Source: a virus
Taxonomy: Duplodnaviria; Caudoviricetes
Length of the DNA stretch: 64,000 nt
Strand: one strand, 5' to 3'
Virus record (IMG/VR): IMGVR_UViG_3300031998_000006
Coordinates: 128,001-192,000 of that record
Part shown: positions 17,928 to 26,397 of the stretch, one piece after another
How positions within the stretch are numbered: position 1 is the first letter of the stretch
Layout: each line of letters starts with the position of its first letter
Made by a program: the position numbers and the translations under genes
Notes under the pieces: generated by a model
What the model saw: only the letters and a program-made list of their open reading frames with translations
What the model was told of the DNA's origin: nothing
Database searches by the model: none

Positions 17928-20615
17928 CTATGCCGGTTGCGGTTCAAACTTCTTAATCCAGTTGGGGTCTGCGATTCCGTTATCTCCGAGAGCGCCAACA
18001 TCCGTCATCTTCGCCCAAGAGCCACCTACTTCGGATGCTTCGGCTTCAATGACGAGCGGAACGCAAATCCACGGAAATTCCTTGCTGACTCGCTTAACTC
18101 CGTTGTTGTAAACGATTTGAGCCAGCTTGTCCTCTTCGCCCTCCTTAACGAGAGCAATGATAGCATCGTGAATCTGCCCGATAATTACGGACTGCAAACC
18201 GGCTTTCTTGATGTCCTGCAAGTCATAGGTAAGAGCCTTGAGCAAGATATGGAATGCAGAACCCTGTATGCATCGGTTGGTTGCTTCCGTGTAGCCCATA
18301 GGTCCCCAACAACGGAAACCCGTGTAGGACTGCACATAGCCATAGTCCTGATACCTCTGCCATTCCGTTCCTCGCCAAGCATTGTAAACCTTGAATCGTT
18401 CGTTCCAGAAGATGTCATCGCCCTTCTTGACATGGGCTTCCCATTTCTCGTAGGTCTTGATTCCGCAATCCTTGGCAAGATGCTCCTTGGTGTAGGCTGG
18501 CATATTGTTCCACATATTACGGGCGCAAGACTTGTAGGATGCACCGTAGAAGGAACTGAATACATAGCCAGCCTTGATGGTGGAGCGTTCGTCCTTCGTA
18601 AGTTCATCGGGCTTGCGGATGTACATATCGCAAGCGGTGTCACGGTGCATATCCGAAGCGGGGTTTTGCAGATAGTGAATCATCTGCGGGTCGTGATGAT
18701 AACTTGCGGACACCATCACTTCCAAGGACTTGTAGTCCATTTCCATGAACCTATATCCCGGAGGGGCTACGAAGAGGGTGCGGAGCATCTTCTTCATTTC
18801 TTTATCTCTTTTGGGGATATTTTGAAAATTCGGGGAGTCGGCAGAGGAACGGTAGGTTCGGGGGCCGGCTTCGCCATCACCACCGGCACCAGTAGAAATG
18901 TTGAAGAACGGACGGATGAGATAGGACTTCTTGTCCTCATCGTACACGGCTTCTCGCTCGTAGCCCTTCAAGAAATCCTTGACCTTGGACCACCTTCTCA
19001 TACCGAGGATAGCCTTACAGAACGGAGTACCCAACTTTTCAAGAGTATCGCCAGTAGCATCTTCCTTTGCGGATGGCGGTTTCAGCTTGCAGATTTTGAA
19101 GAGGACTTCCACAATCTGCTTGTTTGAGCCGGGGTTGAAGGTTTCTCCGGGGTGTAATTTCGACCATTCCTTGACTTCATCGGAAGCCATCACTTCCGCT
19201 TCGGATTCCTTGTACTTGCTCTCAAGGGTATTCCGCAATTCGTCAATCTTGCCAAAGTTAATGGGCAGACCCTCACTCTGCACACGGGCAAGAGCATCCA
19301 TCCCTTGCATAAAGAATCGGAAGGGCTTCTCCAAGCCAGCCATCTGTTCGGACTGGATGTCACGGAGGGCGATTGTGAAGATGGAGTCCTCCCCGCAATA
19401 GTAGGTAAGTTCGCCCTTGGGAACGCCTACACCACCCTTCAATAGATTGAAGGAGTTCTTGCTATCCTTATCCTCTCCGTCCATCATAGTAGAAAGGAAC
19501 TTGTCCACCTTGTTATCGTAACCGATTACCCCGAACTCGCAATATGTATGGAGCTTCAAGCCGATTTTCTGGTTGTTGTCGATGACGTGAGCGCCCAAGC
19601 AAGTGTCCCAGCTCCAGTTCGTGGGCCACTCCGTCTTCCCGTTGTGCCATCCGGCACGGAAGCGAGTCCAACAGGCTTCAAAGTCAGCCTTGTGAGCAAC
19701 AAGCCCGATGGTATCGTGATGGGTTAATCTGTACCAAGCATCCGTGAGTTCCTTGCATTCGCCATCCCACAGAAATCCGATGGCGTGGTATTCGCCATCC
19801 TTGCGGTAGCCAACAGATGCAGCCTTGATTTCGTGTCCGTCACGGTGGGGTTTAAGACCCGTGGTTTCATAGTCGATGGCTACATCGTGATAACCTTCGG
19901 GAGATTTGTCAAGTTGATTAGTTTCGCCCCACTCAATAATTTCGTCAACCCATTTTGCCGCTTCCTTCGCATCCCCCGTGGTTCGGATGTCCGATGGAAT
20001 CTTCGGGAACGGAGTGTCCACCATCTTCCAAGCGGCACGGATATGCTGGGAGAAGTACATATAGGGGCAGTGGTCATCCTTCTGCCAAGTCAAAAATTCG
20101 GGAGAGTAAGTAGGGCAAATCCAACAGTTGTAGTGGCGGTCCGGAATCCTTTTTCCATAGAAATCGGAGGGCTTCGTGTCCTTGATTCTGCCAGACATCC
20201 TACTCCAGATGAGGGCGTGTACTGCGGTAGGACCCATCGGGATGATTACCTTCGGCTTGAGTTCCGCAATGAGTCTATTCAATCGTTCGCTACAGCAATC
20301 CGTAGCCGGTTCCTTGTCCTTGATTCCATAACAAGGAAAGATGTAGCCGAACCAAGCGGATTCCAAAAAATCATTCGGCAGACCCCTCTTGCCCTGCAAG
20401 TCCCAGAGTCTATCGTACATCTTGTGAAGGAAGACCGTTTCACTATCGTTACCCTCGTTGCCGCGAGGATGGTCACAGAGAATCAAAACCTTGTCCTTGC
20501 CCTTACCGGCAAACACGGAATCCTTGCCGGACTGGTCAAGACCGCAAGCGGCACATCCTACAAGTTTCAGCTTCTTGGGTGGTGCTTGCATAGTAGGAAT
20601 CTTAAAGAAACCCAT
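17928..20615 (-). CDS. polA: family A DNA polymerase with N-terminal UDG-like domain and 3'-5' exonuclease
   Basis: DYETTG exonuclease, SSADSPNFQNIP, DYKSLE motif A, R..IK....SSFYG motif B, QIHD motif C; likely start MGFFKIP. Confidence 0.93.
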   Translation of the reverse strand: MGFFKIPTMQAPPKKLKLVGCAACGLDQSGKDSVFAGKGKDKVLILCDHPRGNEGNDSETVFLHKMYDRLWDLQGKRGLPNDFLESAWFGYIFPCYGIKDKEPATDCCSERLNRLIAELKPKVIIPMGPTAVHALIWSRMSGRIKDTKPSDFYGKRIPDRHYNCWICPTYSPEFLTWQKDDHCPYMYFSQHIRAAWKMVDTPFPKIPSDIRTTGDAKEAAKWVDEIIEWGETNQLDKSPEGYHDVAIDYETTGLKPHRDGHEIKAASVGYRKDGEYHAIGFLWDGECKELTDAWYRLTHHDTIGLVAHKADFEACWTRFRAGWHNGKTEWPTNWSWDTCLGAHVIDNNQKIGLKLHTYCEFGVIGYDNKVDKFLSTMMDGEDKDSKNSFNLLKGGVGVPKGELTYYCGEDSIFTIALRDIQSEQMAGLEKPFRFFMQGMDALARVQSEGLPINFGKIDELRNTLESKYKESEAEVMASDEVKEWSKLHPGETFNPGSNKQIVEVLFKICKLKPPSAKEDATGDTLEKLGTPFCKAILGMRRWSKVKDFLKGYEREAVYDEDKKSYLIRPFFNISTGAGGDGEAGPRTYRSSADSPNFQNIPKRDKEMKKMLRTLFVAPPGYRFMEMDYKSLEVMVSASYHHDPQMIHYLQNPASDMHRDTACDMYIRKPDELTKDERSTIKAGYVFSSFYGASYKSCARNMWNNMPAYTKEHLAKDCGIKTYEKWEAHVKKGDDIFWNERFKVYNAWRGTEWQRYQDYGYVQSYTGFRCWGPMGYTEATNRCIQGSAFHILLKALTYDLQDIKKAGLQSVIIGQIHDAIIALVKEGEEDKLAQIVYNNGVKRVSKEFPWICVPLVIEAEASEVGGSWAKMTDVGALGDNGIADPNWIKKFEPQPA

Positions 20616-20681
20616 AAATCTTTTCCGTAAACTAAATGGTTGAACTTTCCATAAGGAATATAGGCGGTTGCTAGAAGATGG

Positions 20682-20726
20682 AAAAGGGGTGCTTCGGAAT
20701 AGAGGTAGAAGACTCCGAAACACCCC
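20682..20726 (-). terminator. intrinsic terminator between the clamp gene and polA
   Basis: GGGGTGTTTCGGA/TCCGAAGCACCCC followed by TTTT. Confidence 0.75.
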
Positions 20727-20749
20727 AACCCATCATCGAGGTATCGCAA

Positions 20750-21820
20750 TTACTTTGCTACACCACAGACCATCTGTGTATAGCTACCGGACTGGAAGAC
20801 AAGTGCCGGGTTGCCATCAACGTAGGCGAGAAGGAAGTCCATAACCTTGTTGGATGCTTCCAAGAGGAACGCGGTGTCCACCCAGAACTGGAAGCCCTGC
20901 GGGTCTTCTTCAAGCGGACTATCCCACGGGATAGTTTCGGATGCTTCGCCACCAGCCTTTTCAGCGTGAAGACCGAGTTCATCTTTGTTGAAGGTAAGTT
21001 CCACAAGACGGGCGCTCTTGGAGTCAGCACCAGAAGCGAGGATAGCTACACGAGAAACCGCTTCTGTAATGTTGGACGGAAGACGACCCTTGGCGATGAC
21101 ATTTACCGTAGGAATAATTTCAAGGAAGCCACGGCAAGTTTCATACGGGTAGGTGGTATCGTCCTTTCGCTTTGCGGAGAAGACCGTACCATCTTCATAC
21201 TTGAGATGCAACCAAGCCCCATTGACACAATACTTTTTCGGAGTACCAATCTTGAGAGCGTCATTGAACACGGTGTCGTCCACGAAGAAGGAATCCATCT
21301 TTTCCTTCAAGGTGTTGATGCAGACGCGGTTGGAGTCGATTTCAAAGATAGCGGAAGCATCTCCACAATCGTTGACGGCAACACCACGATAGGATTCCTT
21401 GTTGCCTGCGAGGGCGCAAAGACGGACGCCATCGAGGAAGTCTTCGGAGAGGTCTGCATATTCAAGGGCTGCGGTGTTGAGAGCCTTGACCGCTTCCATA
21501 ACCTTCGACGAGTCGAGCAAGGACATAGAAGCCTTTGTACGCCCAGCCTTGAGCTTAACCTTGTTGTCCACAACTTCGATGGCAACCATCACATCGGACA
21601 TACGGGCAACGAGATTATAGAAGTCCGCACCCTTGACGGAGAACGAGAGGTTTTCCGTATTGCACGGAGCGGAAACGGCTACTTCGCCATTATAGGAACT
21701 GACGGAAGCACCCGTGAAGAGAAGCTGGTCTGCACCGTCGATTACGGTGCTACCGGATTCCACACCCGGCATAACTTTCTTGAGCGATTCGATGAGTTTT
21801 GCTTTTTCTACTTGGACCAT
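20750..21820 (-). CDS. DNA sliding clamp (beta/DnaN-like) 1
   Basis: 356 aa; AVSRVAILA, VDTAFLLEA pattern; adjacent to polA. Confidence 0.7.
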   Translation of the reverse strand: MVQVEKAKLIESLKKVMPGVESGSTVIDGADQLLFTGASVSSYNGEVAVSAPCNTENLSFSVKGADFYNLVARMSDVMVAIEVVDNKVKLKAGRTKASMSLLDSSKVMEAVKALNTAALEYADLSEDFLDGVRLCALAGNKESYRGVAVNDCGDASAIFEIDSNRVCINTLKEKMDSFFVDDTVFNDALKIGTPKKYCVNGAWLHLKYEDGTVFSAKRKDDTTYPYETCRGFLEIIPTVNVIAKGRLPSNITEAVSRVAILASGADSKSARLVELTFNKDELGLHAEKAGGEASETIPWDSPLEEDPQGFQFWVDTAFLLEASNKVMDFLLAYVDGNPALVFQSGSYTQMVCGVAK

Positions 21821-21826
21821 TGTTAG

Positions 21827-22147
21827 CTATCCTTGTTGTTGATTGATGATGGGTTGTTCGTCCTGCACGGGTTCAGCCTTATCGCCAAACCAATCTTTAG
21901 GCAAGAACGAGAAGAAATGCTTGATGACCTCCACCGTCCAGCCGTTGCCTAGGACTCTGTATCTTTGAGAGTCGGACATTTCGTCCCAGTTGTACCATAC
22001 TGGGATTGTCTGGAGTCTGGCACATTCCGTGGGGGTAAGTCTGCGGATTCCGAGGACTCGCACCTTCTTTCCGTTGAGCATAATGATGCGAGAATCGTGA
22101 TTTTCGTCTTTCGGCTTTGCCGTAGCTTTCAAATCAAAAAATGGCAT
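21827..22147 (-). CDS. C5-cytosine methyltransferase C-terminal subunit (motifs IX-X)
   Basis: IRRLTPTECARLQTIP (IX), QRYRVLGNGWTVEVIKHFF (X); own SD and promoter. Confidence 0.92.
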   Translation of the reverse strand: MPFFDLKATAKPKDENHDSRIIMLNGKKVRVLGIRRLTPTECARLQTIPVWYNWDEMSDSQRYRVLGNGWTVEVIKHFFSFLPKDWFGDKAEPVQDEQPIINQQQG

Positions 22148-22170
22148 AGTTTGTTTCCCTTTTGTTATTC

Positions 22171-22189
22171 ATATAATTCCAACCTAGTC
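22171..22189 (-). promoter_or_regulatory. class II promoter-like motif before the MTase C-subunit
   Basis: GACTAG-GTTGGAAT-TATAT. Confidence 0.65.
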
Positions 22190-22369
22190 AATCTCTTCAA
22201 TCTCCATTACATAGGTTCGCTTTGTAAATCCTTCCACCCCACCTTGATGTTGTGTGGGATAATCGCCACTCGTAAGACAACAGCCCTTGACCCTTGCCGG
22301 GTTGTGGCACTTGTCTATACCGAAATATCCACTACTCGTGTGAACGCTTGTCTTCAAATACTTCTTCAT
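22184..22369 (-). CDS. TRD-like cassette T17
   Basis: KGCCLTSGDYP...RTYVMEIEEID. Confidence 0.75.
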   Translation of the reverse strand: MKKYLKTSVHTSSGYFGIDKCHNPARVKGCCLTSGDYPTQHQGGVEGFTKRTYVMEIEEID

Positions 22370-22514
22370 ATTCCAATATGTGCAAAAGCCCGTAAGAGTT
22401 TGTCCTGTGTGCCATCTCCGTAGTGAGTGCCGGAGCCTTGTTGTTTTCGGGTGGCTTGTCGATACCGCATCTGTACCCCACCATAACCGGCTTATACATC
22501 CGCAACCCCCTCAT
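22332..22514 (-). CDS. TRD-like cassette T16
   Basis: NKAPALTTEMAH...HILEYEE. Confidence 0.8.
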   Translation of the reverse strand: MRGLRMYKPVMVGYRCGIDKPPENNKAPALTTEMAHRTNSYGLLHILEYEEVFEDKRSHE

Positions 22515-22659
22515 ACACCAAAATCAATATCCTTCCATTCAGTTGCGAGGACAATGCCGGTACAAGACCACCTTCGGGGTCGTAAATCCTATCCTGCTGA
22601 TAGGGTTGCGTACCGCCATTGCTCTTGTTCAGCATACCTATTTGCTTAATCGTCCGCAT
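22492..22659 (-). CDS. TRD-like cassette T15
   Basis: Hand translation MRTIKQIGMLNKSNGGTQPYQQDRIYDPEGGLVPALSSQLNGRILILVYEGVADV. Confidence 0.85.
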   Translation of the reverse strand: MRTIKQIGMLNKSNGGTQPYQQDRIYDPEGGLVPALSSQLNGRILILVYEGVADV

Positions 22660-22840
22660 CTGCACAAACCAAAACTAGATTATCCTTCAAGACCGTAGTG
22701 AGCGGATTGCTCTTGTCCGTGACCGGAATATACTCTTGCATCTTCGACATACCCCCGAAAGCACGAGAATGGGCATACTCGTACTCCGAGCGATGGAGCT
22801 TTCCGTACTCGCTCCTGCGGGGGTGCAAGATGGCTAACAT
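22646..22840 (-). CDS. TRD-like cassette T14
   Basis: DKSNPLTTVLKDNLVL. Confidence 0.85.
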   Translation of the reverse strand: MLAILHPRRSEYGKLHRSEYEYAHSRAFGGMSKMQEYIPVTDKSNPLTTVLKDNLVLVCADADD

Positions 22841-23013
22841 TCCTCATACTCCAGAACATAGTTATCCTTATCAACGGTACTCAAAGTGTTGGATTTCCCA
22901 GGCACGAAACATAGTTCGAGCATCTGCACCCACCTTCCGTGGCTGTGGCTCTTGCGGTCGCCCGGATTTTCGGGATTCCGTCCTCTACTTGCTATAATCG
23001 TCCTGCTCTTCAT
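22834..23013 (-). CDS. TRD-like cassette T13
   Basis: ASRGRNPENPGDR...GKSNTLSTVDKDNYVLEYEEC. Confidence 0.85.
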   Translation of the reverse strand: MKSRTIIASRGRNPENPGDRKSHSHGRWVQMLELCFVPGKSNTLSTVDKDNYVLEYEEC

Positions 23014-23149
23014 AAACCAAAATATAGGGAACATCAAAATGGTTTCCGGGGATGCTTCCGTCTATTCGCTGAATGACACAAGGGGATTTCTCCTGTGTTT
23101 CGGGAAACTTGATTCCACGGCTATAGGCTGCATACACTAACTTCTTCAT
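22985..23149 (-). CDS. TRD-like cassette T12
   Basis: Hand translation MKKLVYAAYSRGIKFPETQEKSPCVIQRIDGSIPGNHFDVPYILVYEEQDDYSK. Confidence 0.75.
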   Translation of the reverse strand: MKKLVYAAYSRGIKFPETQEKSPCVIQRIDGSIPGNHFDVPYILVYEEQDDYSK

Positions 23150-23288
23150 ACTCAACAATCAGCGGTTGCCCCGCACTGTTCCACCCCTTCGCATACTCGC
23201 TCTGTAGGCACAGAGTCTTGTACGGAGGGTCTGGAACTTTCAGGTCCTTGTGACGAATGCTATCAATAGTAACATATAATCTTATCAT
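23121..23288 (-). CDS. TRD-like cassette T11
   Basis: Hand translation MIRLYVTIDSIRHKDLKVPDPPYKTLCLQSEYAKGWNSAGQPLIVEYEEVSVCSL. Confidence 0.8.
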   Translation of the reverse strand: MIRLYVTIDSIRHKDLKVPDPPYKTLCLQSEYAKGWNSAGQPLIVEYEEVSVCSL

Positions 23289-23289
23289 A

Positions 23290-23600
23290 GACTACAATTC
23301 TGTCTTTAACGTTTATCATATATCATAATAGAGTTGGAAGCATAATATCCCATATTCTCTATCACATCCAGTTTAACGGTCACAATTCCATATTTGTTGT
23401 AATCGTTTACTATTTTAAACCTATTCCCATAGTTTTCTTCTAACCCCTACAATCCATACATTTCTTACCTAGTCACATCGAAACAACCTTACATATCATA
23501 ATCAACCATACACCATAGGTTATCAAAATACCCATCTTGAACTTGTACGGAAGGTTTGGTACTTTTAAGTCCTTGTGGCGGTTGCTGTCTATCGTTACAT
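23290..23600 (-). pseudogene. 3' remnant of IS-disrupted cassette T10 plus decayed AT-rich sequence
   Basis: VTIDSNRHKDLKVPNLPYK directly after the IS right end, paralogous to T11; stop-rich sequence further on. Confidence 0.7.
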
Positions 23601-24969
23601 TTGAACTATCCATGCACTAAAGATGCATGGGACTCCCCTAACTTACACGGACTGTTGTCCGTGATGGCTTCGGGCATTCTCGTTTCATTGCTTCCACGAG
23701 CATTTTTAATGACATCGGTAGGTTCCCTTCCTATTGTCCGTTTAACTCCTAGATACAGAATGTTCTGTGCGGCGTTCACATCCCTATCGTGCTGTGCATT
23801 GCATACGGGGCAAACCCACTGCTTTATTCCTAACACAACTTGAGGGTTGATGTTACCGCAATGATGGCACGTCTTGGATGTGTTGTTTGCAGGTACTTTC
23901 ATAAGGTTCGTCTTGTAGGCTATGTATTGACGAAGCAATCCAAACCCCTGGTCGCCGATGGTCTTCCCGTGTTCTAACTCGGATGCCATTTTGTTCAAAT
24001 TGACATCTTCCACGAACACATACTGATACTTGTTGGCTAACTCACGGCTTACCTTGTGGAGCCAATCCTTGCGTTGGTTGACTACCTTTTCGTGTAGCCG
24101 TGCAACTTTTAGTTTAGCTTTCTGGTAGCGGTGGGATTGGGTTTCCTTGCCTTTGACGAACCGGTTTGACTGAATCTGCTGATACTTTTCCAACTGCAAT
24201 TCCTTGCGCTTCAAAAATCTAGGACACTTGATTTTCGTGCCATTGCTCAAAGTAAGGAATGAATCGGAGTTGCAGTTCCAGTCTATGCCTACGGCTTTTC
24301 CATTCTGTATCTTGTTCTGTTCTTCTTTAATATCTACACAAATCGCTACATACCATTTTCCGCTTGCGGACCGTTTAAAGGTAATAGTTTTCCACTTGCC
24401 CTTGCAGAACTGTGAAGATGCACAGATGGGTATGTAGCCAAGCCTACGAGAAACAAATAATCCGTGAGAATTGATGTGGGCTACATTTCCTTGAATAGTG
24501 TACCTAAAGGAAGCCTTGTTGTTCTTCTTTCTCTTGAAGGTAGGGGGTTGCATAGGCTTTCCCTTGCGAATACCCTTGAGGGATGCAAAGAAATTCGTGT
24601 ATGCTCCACGAACATCGCACCATACCTGTCCTAGGGGTATTGAATCCACATCCTTAATCCATTCAAGTGCTTCGGGCTTGAATTTTGCAAATGTGGGCTT
24701 GTAGCCCTCTATGGGCATTTTGTGGTCTTTGTTCTTGTTCTCAACTACAAGGTTGTAATACAGACGGCAAAGACCAAGTGTTTTGTTGAAGATAGACACT
24801 TGTTCCTTGGTTGGATAGATTCTGTATTCGTATGCCTTGTTCATTTCTTATGTAAGACTTAAACCTACACTAAATATACATAATATTTTATTGATTTGCA
24901 ATAGGTGTTTAAATAATCTTGGTGCTTTCTCATAGCACTAAAAGTCGTGAGTATTCTCGTTACACTTCT
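23601..24969 (-). mobile_element. non-autonomous IS200/IS605-family element 2
   Basis: Preceded by TTAT; ends with hairpin CCCATGCATCTTTAGTGCATGG then ATAGTTCAA; removal restores MKKLYVTIDS. Confidence 0.88.
23606..24844 (-). CDS. tnpB: TnpB RNA-guided nuclease
   Basis: Close paralogue of 4937-6169; intact RuvC D/E/D and zinc finger. Confidence 0.93.
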   Translation of the reverse strand: MNKAYEYRIYPTKEQVSIFNKTLGLCRLYYNLVVENKNKDHKMPIEGYKPTFAKFKPEALEWIKDVDSIPLGQVWCDVRGAYTNFFASLKGIRKGKPMQPPTFKRKKNNKASFRYTIQGNVAHINSHGLFVSRRLGYIPICASSQFCKGKWKTITFKRSASGKWYVAICVDIKEEQNKIQNGKAVGIDWNCNSDSFLTLSNGTKIKCPRFLKRKELQLEKYQQIQSNRFVKGKETQSHRYQKAKLKVARLHEKVVNQRKDWLHKVSRELANKYQYVFVEDVNLNKMASELEHGKTIGDQGFGLLRQYIAYKTNLMKVPANNTSKTCHHCGNINPQVVLGIKQWVCPVCNAQHDRDVNAAQNILYLGVKRTIGREPTDVIKNARGSNETRMPEAITDNSPCKLGESHASLVHG

Positions 24970-25136
24970 ATAACTTCTTCATATTCCAAGATAAAGTTTT
25001 GATGCCACCACGAATTGATAGTTAGGGCATTGTTGCACTTCCCGTTGTTCCAGATGAAGAACGGACCCTTGTCCGCATTCTCTAGCCCGTGGGTGGCGGT
25101 AAATCCTATTCTATTTCTTCTGTGAGCATTATCCAT
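24960..25136 (-). CDS. TRD-like cassette T9
   Basis: Hand translation ending NGKCNNALTINSWWHQNFILEYEEVIEV; start uncertain. Confidence 0.7.
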   Translation of the reverse strand: MDNAHRRNRIGFTATHGLENADKGPFFIWNNGKCNNALTINSWWHQNFILEYEEVIEV

Positions 25137-25288
25137 TGTATTCCGTTCGTCCTCAAGGCATCCGTCTTGAAATTGAAAGGCATAGGTACATAGATAGTTC
25201 CATACTCCCCGGCTATAGGTTCTCCGGGTGTGTTAGCCACGAACACTCTCAAGCCCCTAGACACCTTGTTCAATCCCAACTTACGCAT
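25106..25288 (-). CDS. TRD-like cassette T8
   Basis: FKTDALRTNGIQWIMLTEEIE; TAATG-coupled start. Confidence 0.75.
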   Translation of the reverse strand: MRKLGLNKVSRGLRVFVANTPGEPIAGEYGTIYVPMPFNFKTDALRTNGIQWIMLTEEIE

Positions 25289-25467
25289 TACACTTCCTCA
25301 AAAATCAAGATGCACGGCTGACCGCATCCGTCGTTCCTCGCACGGTTCAACAGAGTGATGCACTTGCCATTATTTTCCGTGCCACGCAAACTAAATTGAA
25401 CCATACCATCCCAGCCAGTGATAGTACCTATCTGGTATTTTGTGTTAGCCGTGTTCATTCGTTGCAT
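25288..25467 (-). CDS. TRD-like cassette T7
   Basis: Hand translation ending NGKCITLLNRARNDGCGQPCILIFEEV. Confidence 0.82.
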   Translation of the reverse strand: MQRMNTANTKYQIGTITGWDGMVQFSLRGTENNGKCITLLNRARNDGCGQPCILIFEEV

Positions 25468-25631
25468 TGCTCAAGTTCCATCACAAAAGGTCTAGTTCCA
25501 TTACCATCCCTACCACCCGTGTAGCTTGCCGTGAAGCATCCCAGCTTACTTTCAGCCGTAGGGGGCAGAATCTTCGTCTTGCCATAAAAACAAGGATAGC
25601 AAATTCTCTTCTCTACTCCACCTCTTCGCAT
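25455..25631 (-). CDS. TRD-like cassette T6
   Basis: Hand translation ending SKLGCFTASYTGGRDGNGTRPFVMELEQCNE. Confidence 0.78.
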   Translation of the reverse strand: MRRGGVEKRICYPCFYGKTKILPPTAESKLGCFTASYTGGRDGNGTRPFVMELEQCNE

Positions 25632-25789
25632 ATCATCACTCTAGTATCAAACTCGAACGAAGTCACTATTCCGCTTGCGGCATATCGTGTAGTAAGGCTA
25701 TACGATTTCTCCTGCTCCTTCTGGACTATCAGCCCGTGCAACCTAGTTGTCACGATAGCCACGTTATGCAGTTTGCCCGATTTCTTCAT
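25613..25789 (-). CDS. TRD-like cassette T5
   Basis: Hand translation ending EKSYSLTTRYAASGIVTSFEFDTRVMICEEVE. Confidence 0.8.
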   Translation of the reverse strand: MKKSGKLHNVAIVTTRLHGLIVQKEQEKSYSLTTRYAASGIVTSFEFDTRVMICEEVE

Positions 25790-25946
25790 ATTCCAAGATT
25801 ACCGCTTCGATTGACTTTGTATGTGTATAAATGCGATGCCCCGCTAGGAGCGTATAGGACTTGCTCTGCTTGAGTGCAACCCCGTAGAACTTCTCCTTGT
25901 GGGGATGGATGCAAGCAGCCACGATTACTCTCTTACACTTCCTCAT
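25764..25946 (-). CDS. TRD-like cassette T4
   Basis: MRKCKRV...SKSYTLLAGH...VILEYEEIGQTA. Confidence 0.8.
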   Translation of the reverse strand: MRKCKRVIVAACIHPHKEKFYGVALKQSKSYTLLAGHRIYTHTKSIEAVILEYEEIGQTA

Positions 25947-26106
25947 ATTCCATAATAAAGGGGGTCTGTGTGTGCTGAACGATGCCACAGAGATAACGGC
26001 TGATGACCGCATAGGTCCTCACGGATTCAGCCGGTCCGTACTCGTTCAAGTGCATCGGACCGTCCTTATATTCCCTTGTTGGGTAGATTAGGTAAGATTT
26101 CTTCAT
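25933..26106 (-). CDS. TRD-like cassette T3
   Basis: Hand translation MKKSYLIYPT...RTYAVISRYLCGIVQHTQTPFIMEYEEV. Confidence 0.75.
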   Translation of the reverse strand: MKKSYLIYPTREYKDGPMHLNEYGPAESVRTYAVISRYLCGIVQHTQTPFIMEYEEV

Positions 26107-26242
26107 AGTCAAGTATGTATGCCCTAGTTCCGAACCCGTCGAAGTTGTGGCTATAGGTTGCCGTCAGGCAATTAACCTTCGTCAATGCGGTCACGGCATT
26201 CTTCTCATAAACCGACGGATAGATTACAGCCCTTCGCTTCAT
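26066..26242 (-). CDS. TRD-like cassette T2
   Basis: Hand translation MKRRAVIYPS...KVNCLTATYSHNFDGFGTRAYILDYEE. Confidence 0.82.
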   Translation of the reverse strand: MKRRAVIYPSVYEKNAVTALTKVNCLTATYSHNFDGFGTRAYILDYEEILPNLPNKGI

Positions 26243-26397
26243 TTAACTTCCTCATATTCAAGGATGTAGGCGCGATTGCGGTCATTGCCATAACCCTTGT
26301 GGTAGGTCTTGAGCAACGGGAAGCATTTCCGCTGGAACTCGTCCGGCACCGTAATCTGCCAATCTCTAATGGACGGGAAGCACACCGCCCTTTTCAT
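26239..26397 (-). CDS. TRD-like cassette T1
   Basis: Hand translation MKRAVCFPSIRDWQITVPDEFQRKCFPLLKTYHKGYGNDRNRAYILEYEEVK; TAATG-coupled to the MTase stop. Confidence 0.82.
   Translation of the reverse strand: MKRAVCFPSIRDWQITVPDEFQRKCFPLLKTYHKGYGNDRNRAYILEYEEVK

Noticed and set aside
20567-20749. 60-aa ORF between the clamp gene and polA as another TRD cassette
   Set aside because: It lacks the acidic tag, and the region is explained by a terminator and a promoter motif.
22184-26397. CRISPR array or DGR/shufflon interpretation of the periodic TATGAAGAA repeats
   Set aside because: The repeats are short, degenerate and protein-coding, with about 170-nt spacing and one orientation. No cas, reverse transcriptase or invertase gene lies nearby.
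22184-26397. A single decayed MTase pseudogene
   Set aside because: Frame changes fall at module boundaries with coupled starts and stops, the modules are internally open, and the C-subunit has its own SD and promoter motif.
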